Below are positions 1 to 13,851 of a stretch of DNA of 64,000 bases, piece by piece. The stretch covers positions 102,114,001-102,178,000 of the forward strand of contig NW_026262701.1 in NCBI RefSeq assembly GCF_021869535.1. Direction: 5' to 3'. The DNA is from Mytilus californianus. Its lineage: Eukaryota. Position numbers and translations under genes: made by a program. Position 1 is the first letter of the stretch, and every line of letters starts with the position of its first letter. The notes under the pieces were generated by a model that saw nothing but the letters and a program-made list of their open reading frames with translations, was not told the DNA's origin and ran no database searches.

Positions 1-2565
1 GGGATTGATTGTAACTAAGGGAGGCCAATTAATAAAAGCCCTTCAGACCCACCAAATATATAAAGTGCTATTTTCAAATTCATTATCACTGCATTTCTAT
101 CATTGTTTATATGTTTTGGTTTTCAGGGTTTGTTTTCTTCCACCAAGTGATTCTTATTTGACAATATAAAGCGAAAAAAAACATATGAACAATCTGTGAC
201 AGTAATATAATTTTTAAGAAAGTTCCTGAAAAGCATCAGCCCGATTTATTTGACTGAAACTAAATTTTGAAATGTCTGACACAAGCATGACAAATGAGTG
301 AATTTTTCAATAGAATTCATGGGATTAAAGGATTAGACTGGTGTATTTTGGACTATATCAATCCAAATGTCCAGACAGACAAAGGAGAAAGGGCAGGAAG
401 GCTTTAATTTGGTCTTAAAAATTGAACTCTTTGTTATATCTAAACCTATATTTACCTTCTAAACTATACAGGTTTAGATGATAAAAAGATTTTTTCTGAA
501 TGTTAATGTTCTTGTCTTTTCTCCCCAATGAGCTTATAGAGTTAGCCATACCTTTCTTGAGAGTGAAGGGATTTTATAACAGTCATCTTATTACAAAAAT
601 AAGATGTGGTATGATTGCCAATGACACATCTATCAAACAAAGTCTAAATGACATGGATTAAAGCAACTAAAGGTCTCTGTACTATGAATATGGCCATCAA
701 CACTGCAAAACCCATACCCAATAGTGAGTTATCAAACTTACTTCATGTGTTTTGATTTTTCTCAGTGTTGATTATGGTCACTTCCAGGAAATTTAGTATA
801 TTTTTTGTGTTTCTCTTTTTAATATTAAGATTAAAATATGTAATGTTTACCAGTACATGTATTTTAACTGTGCATAATGCAATAATCAAACTCGCCTAAT
901 CTGTTCCAGTAATCATCTGCATGAAACTCAATACCATCTTTTTCTTTAGTTTCTCCGCCTGTAAAATATAATTTCATAAAAGATATGGAAATTAAAAGGA
1001 ATTAAAAATAGTGTTTTACTTATCACTATGTAGTCTATTATCATGATTATGATTATTTACAGATATATCCCAAAACTTTTAATTCATTTATTGCATGTCC
1101 AGAAAGCCTTAACATGGAATTGGTGCAAGTCTAATTGAACAAACTTACACTAAACCATTACATTCTTTAAAAGCATTAAAACATGTTTTATTCTATTAAA
1201 TCAGGACATTCTACATTCTAAAGGTGAATGATTATACTTCAAGGACAGCAGAGTGAAATCTATAAGAACTCAAAATTGTATATAAACAGAAGGATATAGT
1301 CTACAATGCTAACTCAGCTAAAGTATAAAAATAGACTTTGAGCTATTTAAAGGATTAACTGTTATATTTGGAAAAAAAAAACACCTGTGGTATCAGGTTG
1401 TTCTGGCCCCAAGTAGATTCAGCCCTAAGTCAGTCTGTCCAGAGTCAATTCGTCCCCAATTCATTCCAGCCCCAGGTTGATCTGGCCCCAAGTTGACCTG
1501 GCCCCATAGTTAAGTAATGAATAATCACTATAAAAATCGAGGTTTTTGTGACAAAAAGGATTCAAGGTACATTGTAAGTGTAATTTGCACAAGAATAATT
1601 TGTGTAAATTTGGCAGGTGAATATTTTTAGGAAACAGTATTGATGATTTAATGACAACAGGTATGTAAAGTTTGTCTATTATTGGTCAACATTCAGAGGA
1701 TTTATTTTAATTTGATACAAAAAGGAGTAGGATTGGTTCTGTTTGTAAAGCAGCATCAGAATGTTGTTAAAGTTTTTTTCCTTGCTTATATAGTGTTTAC
1801 TCAATTCTCACATTTACAGATTAGGAGTTTATTACAATCCAATGAAACATATATTATGTAATCATTGTTACGACTTTTCAATATTTCTCAATTTGAGCAG
1901 TTTTTGTAACTTTAAATATAAACAAAGGTTGTATACATCAGCTTAGGTATCAGCTTGTATAGTTGTATATGTAACAATTTGTTATTACACCAGTTGAAAG
2001 ACCTGTTACAGATTAAAGTCATTTGAAATATTGCTGATTACTGTTGATTACTGTTGATGGTACTAACTTCTGTAATATATACACAATAGTCTTGATAACT
2101 TAAAATCAAAATCAACATAGATGTTTTATACTACATTATCAACCGTACTCATTTAACATGTTTAAGGGGATAAATTGTTTTGAATATAATGAAATCTTAA
2201 TATAAATCATGATTGAAAAAAAATATTGAAATAAATGTCTCCTCTAAAGAAAAACATGTAAGTGTGGGTGTTGGACAGTAGGGGCATATGTTTGTTTTAA
2301 AATGCACGTAGACTATTAAAGGGCTATATATTTGACTTGTAGTCAAGTCCCTATGATAAATGCTCCAAAACAAGCCATTAATTTTTTCAATATTTCCATG
2401 TTTTTTAATGAATTACAAGAATATATTTTTTCTTTAATATTGATCATATAAATATCTGAATAAGTTTATTAAACCTTAATACCACTACAGTATTGATTTT
2501 TTTTTTAAAGTAGGACGAACGAACCCAGGGCAAACATGTAATCAGGGCAAAGGGGCACACTGGCA

Positions 2566-2634
2566 CTTGTTTCTATCCATGGGAAGGCTGACTATCCATA
2601 TATAATAGTCGACCTTCCCATGGATAGAAACAAG
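2566..2634. repeat. Short foldback with perfect 22-bp arms
   Basis: CTTGTTTCTATCCATGGGAAGG (2566-2587) / CCTTCCCATGGATAGAAACAAG (2613-2634), plus inner GACTAT/ATAGTC. Confidence 0.9.
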
Positions 2635-2691
2635 AGGGTCGTAATGGGGGTATCTTCATGACGAATAACGGTAAAAATTCTTGCCAAATGA

Positions 2692-2972
2692 CGTTAAAAC
2701 AAGGAATTATTTGAATCTGCAATAATTATGAATTCTGGAAAATTGATTAGAAATGTATGATGAAAACTAACCCAACTAAATAGGGTTAGCCATGTGCGCA
2801 TGTCTAAGGTTAATTTTAATTTCACTATCATTTCAGTATGAACTAACTAACCCCCCTTAGCCATGCACGCATGGCTAACCCTATTTAGTTGGGTTAGTTT
2901 TCATCATAAATTAATCATCAATTTTCCAGAATTCAAAATTATTCCAGATCCAAATAATTCCTTGTTTTAACG
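2692..2972. mobile_element. Foldback element with ~118-bp inverted arms and 45-bp spacer
   Basis: 2692-2809 is nearly the reverse complement of 2855-2972. Confidence 0.85.
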
Positions 2973-3796
2973 GTATTTTTTGCTGTATGACGATAAAATG
3001 TACACTTTGTTTTAGACGTTAAAAAAATCGACAGATTTTGACGAATCACGTTAATTTTTTTCCAAAAATAACGGTAACAATAATTATTTGAGACCTCTGA
3101 CGAATCACGACAAGGATATTTTGACGAATCACGGTAAAATTTTAACCAATATGACGCTAACGGTAGCCGAAAATGGCAGTTTGACGACTGACTGTAAAGG
3201 GCATTTCTACCCTCAAACAAGTGCCTGTGTGAACAGGCCTGATACCAAGTTGTCTTTATATGGGGTCAGGGTTGTCTTCGTGGGGTTGAGGGTAGACTCA
3301 GCGTTAAATTGTCAGAGGATACAAATATCAAATGCATCATAATATTAATACAAGTCTCTGTGTGTGTGTGTATGTGTGATTTCTAGTCCTACATTTTACC
3401 AGTCAAAAAAGACTGCTAAGCACTATAGTCTATATAGAGTATAGTATATTTCACAACCACAGCATGGTCACAATCAAAAACTGAAAAAAGTGTCAGGTGT
3501 GCTTGACAACTGTCCTTTAAACTTCTTCTCTTCTTATTACGTATATATATACTGGACATTTTACCTTTCACTTGATCTACTGCTATTGCTAAATTTGTTG
3601 TTAAATTGTGGAGTAATTCAATATAAGAGTTTTCTGCCATTTCCGTGTTTGGTTTTGGAAATTAGTTACACATTCTTTTCGGACTTTCGGGGTGAATCAT
3701 TGTTTGTATGAACAATCTAGAGAAAAGAAATTCCGTTGCCAAATCTGAAATCAAACACATTCTCACCTTATAAATTAGTTTAAAGAATATTACGAG

Positions 3797-3856
3797 ATGG
3801 CTGATGATGAATTGGACGCTATAAGGGCCAGAAGAATGGCAGAACTTCAAGCTGGG
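3797..3856 (+). CDS. PDCD5: PDCD5 coding exon 1 (MADDELDAIRARRMAELQAG)
   Basis: ATG at 3797; peptide resembles the PDCD5 N-terminus MADEELEALRRQRLAELQ; GT donor at 3857, phase 0. Confidence 0.92.
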
Positions 3857-4462
3857 GTAATTTTGGACATAATGAATGAACAGATGAATTGATGATCACG
3901 ACAAACATGTGTTTTGAAATTTGATCAAATATCAACATGTACCATAGTTTGTTTGATTTTCCATTGAAAAAGTGTGAGGGTATCTACACATACACCACAG
4001 TTCCATGTCAGCCCTCTGATTGGTTTAACAGATGCTTGAAAATGGTCCTGTGGTGTATGTTATATACCTCACACTTTTAGCCAGAAACTACAATGTCACA
4101 CATTTTCTTTCCTGGAATATTTTTCAACCCTAAAAATTAAAGTGTTGGGTAGTTGTCTCATTGGTGAATACACCGTATCCTTTCTTTTTCATATAATAAG
4201 TATAACAATGAATTTTAATAACTGTAATAATGTCAGACTGTATTATTTTAAAAAAAATGAGAGACTGAACACCACATATATTAATCCTCTGATCCTACCA
4301 AAAAAGATGCACATAATTCCATATATAATGCAAACAAATTCACTTAAAAAAAAAAAGGTGCACATTATTCCATTATACAAACATTCCTTTGAATGAAAGA
4401 CACCAAACCATTCAACATAATCCACAAATACTGAATTAATCACACATACACATTGTAATTAA

Positions 4463-4755
4463 CCCTCTTGCTGCTGGAGGGACACATGTCCAAACCGGCT
4501 GTGCCGTAGGGACACATATGTCCATGTTTTAATTTATGCAAGCTTCTCATCATTGCTGTACCTCTTTCAAATAAAAGACAAAAGATTACACAGTGTAATA
4601 TTTTTCTACAATGGCTCCCAAATGTAAGGGTCATTAGGGCATGACGTCATATATCGAATGGTGTCATTGTTGAGCATGGGACGTCACAAACGTCCAGCGG
4701 TCGTATTTTCTGGCACACGAAATGCAACCTTGAAAAACAACTGGCAGCAAGAGGG
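4463..4755. mobile_element. piggyBac-like MITE (293 bp)
   Basis: Perfect 12-bp TIR CCCTCTTGCTGC / GCAGCAAGAGGG; TTAA at 4459-4462 and 4756-4759. Confidence 0.85.
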
Positions 4756-5544
4756 TTAACTTCCATTATTAGAATTGAACATGCATCCAGTCAACAAACT
4801 TTCCAAAGCCTCCTCCAGCACTATTTGATGGTTCACGATTTTCCGTTTCCATGATACTCTGTTAACGCCTACTGACTGTTCACCAAACTTTACATGTATA
4901 CATCCCTAATCTAGAGGTCTCCTGTAAAAGGATGTCACATTCAGATCACGTACAATATTCAAATACTGTTCCGTGATAATTCTTGAAAAGTACAGGGTTT
5001 TGAAGGTAGTGTTTTAAGATTTTGGCACTTAAGTTCCACTGATTCGAGTCCACCTGAAAAAATGAAATATTGACATTCAGTGACATAAAAATCATACATT
5101 GAACAAAACTACTATTGAAATATAAAACCATTTTATTTGGCCTGGATTAGGTGAATTGTAATAAGCTAACAATTTTTAGGTCATTAGTAGATTGAATTTT
5201 TTGTTGTTTTTTTTAATTGATTTTTCTACTGAAATTGAGGACTTCGTCCCCATATAATTGATGATGACATTTACTAGATGGAAAAAACAAGCAACTAATT
5301 TGAAACTCTTTTTGAATTCTGACCTTTTTTCTGTGTCTGGAGGGATTTTTCTGATTTGGCCGTCCACTGAATGTTGCGGCCAAATCAGAAAATCACTCTG
5401 GACACAGAATTCCAAAATGAATTAAACTGGTTTGCAGATCAATGTATCAAAATTATACATTTGTTACCCTCAATCTTAATTATAAGGCTTTATGGCACCA
5501 CTGTACAGAAATGTGAATCCCTCATTGATTAAGAAATAATTCAT

Positions 5545-5810
5545 GGCAGTCTTAGATTTGTTTTCATTTAACCATTGGTTGGGCATTTATATTCAAATTA
5601 TTTTGTCCTTTTTCTTTTCATTTTCATTCTATAGTGATTTAGTTTTGTACACATTATTGCAAAATGGAATTTTTTTCCACCTCTATATATTACATAGGGG
5701 CATAATCTATTTTCTAAAACTGTTTTGTTATATCTACCACTCTCAATAGCTAGTGTGCTGTTACTTATTCTTACATTGGCATATTTTTTTATCATCCTTT
5801 CTTCCATTAT
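5545..5810 (-). mobile_element. Old LINE C-terminal fragment in PDCD5 intron 1
   Basis: RISNSTLAIESGRY...RLCPY...KFHFAIMC resembles the C-terminal motif of the 26844-28544 ORF. Confidence 0.65.
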
Positions 5811-6248
5811 TGCTCCTTCAGAAGCATATTAGTCCCACATCTAGATCTCCTAGGTGTTAGATAATCTCAAAAGGTACAATGTACATCAAATCACAGAAAT
5901 GGCCTGCAAAGTCATCAAAACCCAGAAAAGGCTTGCAATGGCCCTAAAAGCAGAGCTTTATTGTCAAAACAAGGTGTAATTGATAATAAAAACTATAATT
6001 TAGAATGATTTTGTTTCCTGTATGCAAGTTCCTTGTGTAACAAAATGTTGGGTGAGTATACATGCATTGTAAATGAGACGGAAAACAAAAAAGTGTTTTA
6101 AAAATAGAAAGTTCCGTTTATTATTCAGTTTAAAAAAAGTTGTATTGAATGGATAATTCCTTTGAGGTAATTTTACTTGTTTATGACTACAAAAAGTACA
6201 AATGTATAACATTTAACATTTTGTACATTTTGTAAGTTCCATTTTTAG

Positions 6249-6360
6249 GGAGGACAGAATCAGCCGAGTCCAGAGGAGCAAGCAGAAAGACAAAGACAGA
6301 TGAGTGATATGAAAAACAGCATTCTAAGTCAAGTACTGGATCAGTCTGCTAGAGCTAGAT
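6249..6360 (+). CDS. PDCD5: PDCD5 coding exon 2 (GGQNQPSPEEQAERQRQMSDMKNSILSQVLDQSARAR)
   Basis: tttttag acceptor ends at 6248, GT donor at 6361; contains the hallmark NSILxQVLDQSARARL; phase 0 to 1. Confidence 0.95.
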
Positions 6361-7036
6361 GTAAACTTTTTAACATTATTTTAACTTACATGGTCCACTA
6401 AGGACCAGTGTGGTCATCACTTGTGAAACAGGGGCTGTTGTTGTCCCTTAACCTTAAAAAAAATCTTCTCCTCTAAAACTACTGCCAGTTAGAACAAAAC
6501 TCATCCTAAGAGTACATTTATCTAGTTTAAAAGATTTGTCAGACGATCCAACCAACAAGCATGGCCACCTTTGCTAAAACTAGAACTAACTTGTAGGGGT
6601 AAAATCATCTTCGCTAGCCAAGGGTCATGATCTGACCCGCTCCTCTTCACCCTTGTAGTAGATATGTCTTAGATTGAACACAGCCTAATACCATGAATAC
6701 TTATTGTGTAGTCTTTCAAGATTTGTTCAGATTAAAGTGATTGTTTCTGCTCAAAATATATTTATTAGTCATGTTAATTATTGCCATTAGCAGGTGACAT
6801 TTTGCTGCATTGTCTCAATCTTGTTCAGGTGGAAACTTATTAATTAATTATTTAAGTATTTGACTATAAAAATAAGTAGATTGCCAATGATACAACTCTC
6901 CACCAGAGACTTAATGATGTAAAAGTTAACAACTATAGGTCACCATTAACTTTGTTTGGACATTTACAATTTATTTCTCTTTCGTTAAAACAGTGTCATG
7001 TATTGTCTAATTTTTCATTATGCTGTTTACTTGCAG

Positions 7037-7128
7037 TAAACACAATTTCTATAGCAAAACCTGAAAAAGCAAAGATGATAGAAGGCATGTTAATGCAGAT
7101 GGCTCAAAGTGGACAGATACAAAATAAG
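7037..7128 (+). CDS. PDCD5: PDCD5 coding exon 3 (LNTISIAKPEKAKMIEGMLMQMAQSGQIQNK)
   Basis: ttgcag acceptor, GT at 7129; 92 nt, phase 1 to 0; KPEKAK..E..L.QMA..GQ motif. Confidence 0.95.
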
Positions 7129-8538
7129 GTATGTTCTAAAAAAAGGTATTGAAACAAACAAATGAATGCATACAATGTAAATGGAAAAGACTGTTACTGA
7201 AATATGTTCTCCTTAGAAATCAACTTTTATAGGATATATGACATTTGACATGCATCACTCCCAGCAAAAGGTTGATCTTTTTTGTTTAAAAACTATTTAA
7301 AAGGTTCATATATCAACTTTGTTGTTGTTTGATGTGAGAACTATACTGAAATACTCGACTTAGATCACAAATTTGAATAAGTTCATACCTTCTTGTAACT
7401 TCTACTGAAGTAAAGATCCTAGATGAACATGTTTTAACTACAACTACTGAACCTGCAACTGAACACCACAATGATCCCACTATGTATTGGCTTCCAAAAT
7501 ATTGGCTTCCAAAATTATGCAAGCAACTTTATAAATTTCTATATCTGCATACATATGTTTTACTACACATATTTCGGTTCTTCTGACTACAATTGTTAAG
7601 GAAGTTATCAAATGTTGTGACAAAGCTTATGTTAATGGTGGGATAAATATTTCTGGTATAAAACAAATCTTTTGTGAGGTCTTGGATAATCTACATTTTC
7701 ATATGCTTATTTGAAGGTTAGATTGTCTCCCTTGACAGTTATGAATTCTGAACTGTATACAATATTACCAGATAATCATATCAAACAGAAATTTTCCTGA
7801 TTACTAAAATCTGAGTTTAGTCGTTATTTGAGACCACAACCCTCCCACCTTACAATTCCTTTTTCATTAATAAAACTAACAAAAGATTTTTTTATTCTTA
7901 TTTGACATGTAAAGAAAAGATTAAAGCCATTAGTTTTTTTGTTTGAAAATATTTATGTTGGCAATAAGCTATACCATCAAGTGTTTGGTATTTTTATGGG
8001 TACTGTCTGTGCCCTTCTTATTGCATATTTATTCCCTTACTAATCTGAATTACAATTTATGACTAAACTTCACAAAAAGCCAACAAAGCAGTGAAAGCAC
8101 CACTCAATAGATATTTTTAACAATACCTTGTGATATTTTGACTATATACTCTTTGTAAACAATTCCTATTTTTCTTAATATACAATAGAAATTAAGCCAC
8201 CTTAAATCATTCTAACCAAATGCAAAGTTAATAATGACAAATGTCCTTTAAATAAATGTAGCTCACCTGACCCAAACAAAAAATCTTCTCCTTTGAATGT
8301 ACTGAGCTAATTGATACCAAACTTTACTTGAATGTTCCTAGGGAATCTAGTTTAAAACTGTGTGCAGGGTATTGATTCATAAAAACAGATGGCTGCTGTT
8401 GCTAAAAATAGAACTTAGGGATAACTGCTGTTTTTGACTAGCAAATCTGACATGGATAAAATAATCAGCAGGTCAAGGTTTATCTTAAAGGTCAAACTGC
8501 CAAAAGACAATGGAAATGTTTACAGAAATAACATATTA

Positions 8539-9047
8539 TTTTTTGCCCCCGCGTAACCCGCTGCGGGGGACATTGAAATACCGTGTGTCCGTCCGTCCGG
8601 TCTTGTTAGCCCTCCCACAGGTACAATTCTTGCCAGATTTTTATAAAACTTATACTATAGGTTAATATAAGCAATATCTCAAACAAGTTCTATAATGGTG
8701 GCCGATCGACTTTTTTAAAAGAGTTATGCCCCTTGGAAATATTAAATTTATGCAACATGGCCTCGTTAGCGCTCTCATGGGTACAATTCTTGCCATATTT
8801 TTATAAAACTTATACTATAGGTTAATATCAGCAATATCTCGGACAGGTTCTATAATGGTGGATGATCAACTTTTTTTAAAAGAGTAATGCCCCTTGGAAA
8901 TATTAAATTTGTGGAAAATGGCCTCGTTAGCGGTCTCACGGGTACAATTCTTACCAGATTTTTATAAAACTTTAAATATAGGCTACTATCAGCCATTTCT
9001 CGGACAAGTTCTATAGGGGACATTGGAACTCTGTGGACAAGTTTTTG
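8539..9047 (+). mobile_element. HINE-like (pearl/DTC84-type) element with ~160-bp tandem core
   Basis: T-rich start, GCCCCCGC..GCGGGGGACAT subterminal repeat, (GTCC)n microsatellite, monomers at 8605/8765/8926, GGGGACAT repeated near the 3' end. Confidence 0.7.
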
Positions 9048-9063
9048 AGGAAACACAATTTAA

Positions 9064-9760
9064 AGGGGCACTAGCAGCTGTCAAATTCATGTTCACCGAT
9101 TTGACTCAAATTCTCATATTTGATTTATAACATACTAAAACGTATATATCCGAATTACAATAAGTCTGAAATAAAAAGTTAAGAAAGCATGTACTCAATA
9201 ATATATATCAGAATTTCGTGTGTATTTTAGTCTAGACGCCATCTAATTAACTATCGAGATGACCTCCGAATACTGCCGATGATCACATAACCCGATGTAA
9301 ACATAAACATAAATATAAATAGATTGCGACCGTGTGCACTTGGATTTTGATAGGTCTGTTTGATTTCATGTTATAGATTAAAAAAATAAGTTAATTAACG
9401 TTTTTACCTGTAGAAGAATGATTTGTGTGGATCGAATCAGTCAACGAAATGGTTCACATTTGTTTCACTTTCAATGTTGACATTCTTTTCCTTTTAATGG
9501 CTGAACATGACTTATGCATGCGTAACCAATCTCTAGCTGATGGGTTAAATTGAAGGTCACAAGAATACGGCTTTAATGGGGTCAAATTATTCACTTGCAA
9601 GTGAATAATTCATCAGCGATATTTCTTTGCTTATTTTGACAAAACTGTACCAAAATAGCTGCTAAAAACGAATTATTATTCCATTATTTCACTTTTATTA
9701 ATGATTGAACCAAACTAAATCATATTCTAATTTTTTTCATATCTCGTAGCTAGTGCCCCT
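9064..9760. mobile_element. Kolobok-like non-autonomous element (697 bp)
   Basis: 12-bp TIR AGGGGCACTAGC / GCTAGTGCCCCT with purine-purine termini; TTAA on both sides. Confidence 0.78.
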
Positions 9761-10372
9761 TTAAAGTGAAAAAATACAAATTTTTCGCTGGTTTTTTCAT
9801 AGCGATTATTTACATTTATAGACTTTTTTCAAAAAAATTTAATAGGCTATCTTTTGAAGCATAAAGACTACATATTATTTTTTCTAGATTCAGATGTAGT
9901 TCTGTCATGGAATAGAAGTTCCTTCATCATATAAGTTCCAAGTGGAAGAAATATTCTGTAATACAGTATTTGTTCCTTACGGAATAAAGGGTATAGAATA
10001 TTTGTTCCAACAGGAACAGATATTATGACATTGTTTATAATAAGTTTCCAGGGGAACTTCTGTTAGGCAGAATAAATATAAACGTTGACAGTTCAACAAG
10101 TTCTAAATGTATACAAAATTTCTCCCAATTACTTGTACTTTACCGTAAGAAAGAAAATAAGAATTTGCAACAGGTTTCATAAAAAAGTTTTAAAAAATGA
10201 AAAAGAAAGTGATTTAATAAAATTTTTAAAAAAATGCCATAGGAAACAAAAAAGACATATAACAATCTACTTTATAGTAAACAGTTTTTGTACTAACACA
10301 TTGCACATTTTTATGCATCAAGAGCATATGAAAGATCAGTAATAATGTTTCTTAAATCTTTTAATATTTCAG

Positions 10373-10444
10373 CTTGGTGAAGATCAGTTAAAAGGATTGT
10401 TAGAAAAAGTTAGTGAGAGAACAAACAAAAAAACTACAGTAAAG
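10373..10444 (+). CDS. PDCD5: PDCD5 coding exon 4 (LGEDQLKGLLEKVSERTNKKTTVK)
   Basis: tttcag acceptor, gtatgt donor at 10445; 72 nt; ends in the conserved TTVK. Confidence 0.93.
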
Positions 10445-10562
10445 GTATGTCAAATTAATTCTATTCTAAATAAAACCATAAGGAAATTAAGTGGATGTTC
10501 ATGAGACACCAATCCTAGCATAGACTTGAAATAAGCATATGCTTGTCTCCAAGAATCAGCAC

Positions 10563-11868
10563 TTTTATTATGCCCCGTCGTAGCAGAGGGGACATTAAGG
10601 TTTATTCCATACATACGTCCCGAAATTGGTTTCCATTCTCTAACTTAAGTTTGCCTCAACCAAATGTTATGAAACTTGTACACAATGCTTATTACCAAGG
10701 CTTCCAAAACGGTCATATATTCCAGACATTTGTATAATGTCCGGTAAAAGTCCGGCTGGGCAAAGCATGAAACGGTCATCTACTTTTTAGTTTTCATGGC
10801 TTTCTGAAGAGACAGTCATTTTAACATCATTCGCGATCTTTTTGACCCAACCTTTTGCCTTTAACAGCCACACATTTCTGGTCATAAAAGTGACATGATC
10901 ATTAAGTACTATCAAAACAACCCCTACTTTAATACCTTCTCATTTTAATCAAGGCTAATTAGTTGTCGAACAGCTGAAATTTACCTATTCAGGTGACTGG
11001 TAATCTATTTTGAACCGGACATTGATCGGTCTATTCAAAGTTATTTTCTTACATTTCAGCGGTTTGCATCTAATTAATTTAGTCAAAAAGATTTAAATTA
11101 TCAGAAATACGTTTACAAATATGATTTGATGAAAAAATTAAAAAGGTGAAAATGAAAAATCGTCATAACCACGTTGTTTGAACCAGAGACATGTCTCTGT
11201 TTGAACTAGTACACATGTGCGCGTGCGCAGGTGTAAAATTTAATTATGCATCCTAATTTCTTCAAAAGATGCTTAAATTGTCATTGATACCTTTATCTCA
11301 CGTTTATTTCGAATATTTTCTTGAAGAAATAACGTAGAAAGAGCTACATACACTCATTTTGCAAACATACACGGAATTTACGTATCTGTCTCTGGTCCAT
11401 GTTTTACCATTGTCAAGATAACATCCGGTATAAGATTTTAACGAATGTAAAGTTTTTGACGTTATTTTGCAGAAATAAAGAGTATAAGGCAGATATAATT
11501 ACGCTGATGTTGCACACTTCGAATGATGCACTGCCAATTTAACAGTTTACGTCAGAACTTCGAATTTGAATCAAAGCAAGTTTAATATCGTTTTTTTTAA
11601 TGTCAATCATTGGGATGGCCAACTCAGCAACTGAATACCATAATTGCCTTTTGTTTATTTAGTCTTAAGGGATTAAAATCGGGATAATATATAAAATGTC
11701 CGGCTGGCTTAAAATATTTTTGGAAGCCCTGCTTATTACCACAAAAAATCAGATCAAGTTCGATTTTGGGTGGTGTCACTTTTACTGTTCTGGAGTTCTG
11801 CCCCTTTATAACGTTATATACAAGTGGGGGCATCATCTGTGTCCCATGGACACATTCTCCATTTATTT
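10563..11868 (+). mobile_element. HINE-like element split by the hAT insertion
   Basis: tttttattatgccccgtcg..ggggacat head and ggggcatc..ggacacattct tail; sequence is continuous across the 8-bp TSD. A related fragment lies at ~18930-19195. Confidence 0.65.
10696..11731. mobile_element. hAT-like non-autonomous element (1036 bp) nested in a HINE-like repeat
   Basis: 13/14 TIR CA(A/G)GGCTTCCAAAA; exact 8-bp TSD CTTATTAC at 10688-10695 and 11732-11739. Confidence 0.88.
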
Positions 11869-12683
11869 TATATTGCATTCCCCTTGCCCATCCTTCTGTC
11901 AATCTCTTTGTCTGTTCCCCCAACAAATATATCATCCACACTTTTCTCATACTACTGAATAAAATGACTCCATATTTGTTTAGCATCTTAGTAGTGATGA
12001 GTTGTAACATGTGTATACTTTTCAGATAATTCAGAAACCTGCTTCCTGTTTTCAAATACTATATAGAATTTTCAATACTTTGATTGAACTTATATATTTT
12101 GTCACACATTTCTGCAGTACTATTGAACATTTCTGCAGTACTATTGAACAGAATCACTTCATATTTGGTCAGCAGCTTAGTAGTGATGAGTTTTAACCTG
12201 CGAGTGCTTTTCTGATCTTTTGGAAACCTCTTTCCTGTTTTTCCATACTTTGAAATACTGGTAGGGGTATGCTAATCATGGCAACATGTGCATTATTGTT
12301 GCATGCACCTTGTCCATCAGTTCATTCATTGATTATTTTTGTCACAGTTTTTTAAGATATCATTGAACAGAATAACTTCATTTTTAGTCAGCAGTTTGTC
12401 AGAAGCGAGTTGTAATGTGTCAGACACCAGGTTCCTGTATGCCGATACTTAATATGTTGAAAGAAATGAATATGTTCAGTTGCACACTTCTATAGTACTA
12501 CTAAACAGAATGACTTTACATTTGGTCAGAAGCTTGACAGTGATGAGTTGTAAAGCCTGAGCACTTTTCAGATGAATCATATACTTTGAATTACGAGAAC
12601 TTACAGCTTTTCAATCAAAACAAATCTATTTGCGGCATCTTACAACCAAATTAAGATGGTCTAAAGTAACAATTTATGCAAAA

Positions 12684-12951
12684 GATTTGATTTTGATTTT
12701 TGGCGTTTTAACGCCACTTTTAAGCACCGTTTTTGGGCTTTTCTTGGCTTTTCTTGGCGGCCAGTTTTTATTGGTGGAGGAAGCCGGAGTGCCTGGAGAA
12801 AACCACCGACCTTCAATAAAACTGACAATCCTAGTCTATTAAGATTGGAGTCGAGTGCACCCGCACGAGCAGGGTTCGAACTCACAACCTCAGTGTTGAT
12901 GGCTAGTGATTTCAGTAGTAACTGCTTAGACCACTCGGCCACTGAGGCCCC
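12684..12951 (-). mobile_element. tRNA-derived SINE with V-domain-like core
   Basis: A box TGGCCGAGTGG, B box GAGTTCGAACC, core GGTTTTCTCCAGGCACTCCGGCTTCCTCCACC, tail AAAGTGGCGTTAAAC followed by short AAATC repeats. Confidence 0.82.
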
Positions 12952-13851
12952 TTAAGCATAAGAAATAAGGCTGTAGAATGAATTATTTGGGTCAAGATGT
13001 GCAATTTATTTCAGGCAGGCAATAATGGTAGCCTTTTTCTTAATTCCTCTGCCAGTATTGTAAACTTGGATATTTATGATGGCTCAATTTTCAGGGTACA
13101 AAGTGAGATTTGTTTTTCTGTAATTTAGCATACTGTGGATTCATTCATTTTCGTGAATACCAGTTTTTGTGGATTGATGAAAACTTGTATTTTTGTGGAT
13201 GTTAGATTTTGTGGTTTTGGCAAAGTCCTCATACTAGCCTACAGGAAGTTTGTGCTTCGTTGAACTTTTAAATTCCTGGTTTATAATCAGGAAATTCATG
13301 AAAATTGGTATCCCACAAATATTAATGAATATATAGTATGATGAAAAGCCCTTTGTGATGAGGCTTCTTGAGCTAAAAAATACCTTTTTTCACACAATCA
13401 GTTCCATGAAAATTTAGTTCTTTGCATACATTTATATATAACTCCATAGTTTTTACACCTTTATTCTATGGTCCTCTGCTCTTCCAATCAGCACAAATGG
13501 TTAAGCTCAGTCACTTGTTAAAAATTGAAACATGTCCAATATCGCTATACAGAGATTTTTTGTTTACTATTTTTGAGTACACGGATATTGACCCATTTGT
13601 TACCTGACAAATAATATAAACAATAACAAACATTCATGTTGAGTATCAAGGTATTTTCAGGAAGATTTAACAATTGAAATTTTAGTTAAAAAGAGGCATA
13701 GTTAAAAACTGTTACTTTTATTACATGTAATGAAATGCTAAAAATACAAGTAAAATTTGAGCTTGAGTTACACATCCTATACCTAATCTTTCCTGTTCAT
13801 AAAAAACCAGAACATTTTCATTTTTTTCCTGAAAAATAATGGTTATATATA

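Noticed and set aside
200-2100. Candidate minus-strand exons near 240, 1110, 1150-1260 and 1990-2070
   Set aside because: They could not be joined into a stop-free, recognisable protein.
12870-12951. Possible tRNA gene (A and B boxes)
   Set aside because: It continues into a SINE core and tail and does not close a full cloverleaf.
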